Shown here piece by piece: positions 31,935 to 32,000 of a stretch of DNA of 32,000 bases. Source of the DNA: Mycobacterium tuberculosis H37Rv (GTDB taxonomy: Bacteria > Actinomycetota > Actinomycetes > Mycobacteriales > Mycobacteriaceae). Every line of letters starts with the position of its first letter. Position 1 is the stretch's first letter. The notes below the pieces were generated by a model that was given only the letters and a program-made list of their open reading frames with translations, did not search any database and was not told where the DNA came from. The stretch is taken from NCBI RefSeq assembly GCF_000195955.2, contig NC_000962.3:750001-782000 (forward strand). The letters are read 5' to 3'. A program made the translations under genes and the position numbers.

Positions 31935-32000
31935 TGCCACGCAAGGGGCCCGCGCCCAAGCGTCCGTTGGTCAACGACCCGGTCTACGGATCGCAGTTGG
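31934..32000 (+). CDS. rpsG: 30S ribosomal protein S7, 5' end only
   Basis: ATG 31934 overlapping the rpsL TGA by one base; [22 protein letters not shown]... Confidence 0.96.
   Translation, partial: MPRKGPAPKRPLVNDPVYGSQL

Overview
The window is a Mycobacterium tuberculosis-complex chromosomal segment. Product order and ORF ends match my recollection of H37Rv at a constant offset of 750,000 (rpoB, rpoC, mmpR5/Rv0678 and rpsL all agree), i.e. about H37Rv 750,001-782,000. It runs from the carotenoid oxygenase Rv0654 (start codon cut by one base at the left edge) through mkl, a toxin-antitoxin cluster (vapBC6, mazEF2, vapBC7, vapBC8) interspersed with a CPBP-type membrane protease and the arylsulfatase atsD. 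It continues with rpoB-rpoC, a neutral ceramidase, nfo/end, lpqP, fadE8, echA4, Rv0674, echA5, mmpL5-mmpS5 / Rv0678, two DUF3060-like paralogues, a TetR regulator, rpsL and the start of rpsG. I found no new biological system, no CRISPR array and no intact mobile element. The most interesting content is cryptic decay: vapB6 has an in-frame stop followed by an intact-looking tail, and vapC6 and vapB8 each appear to be missing one G (or need -1 slippage at a G run), so the annotated proteins have out-of-frame N-termini. vapC8 looks C-terminally truncated. An amidase C-terminal relic lies between rpoC and the ceramidase gene, and apparent relics of an MDMPI-like gene and a WS/DGAT-like gene lie between mkl and vapC6. 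There are two copies of a GGCGAGCAGACGCA hairpin terminator family and three candidate TA operators.
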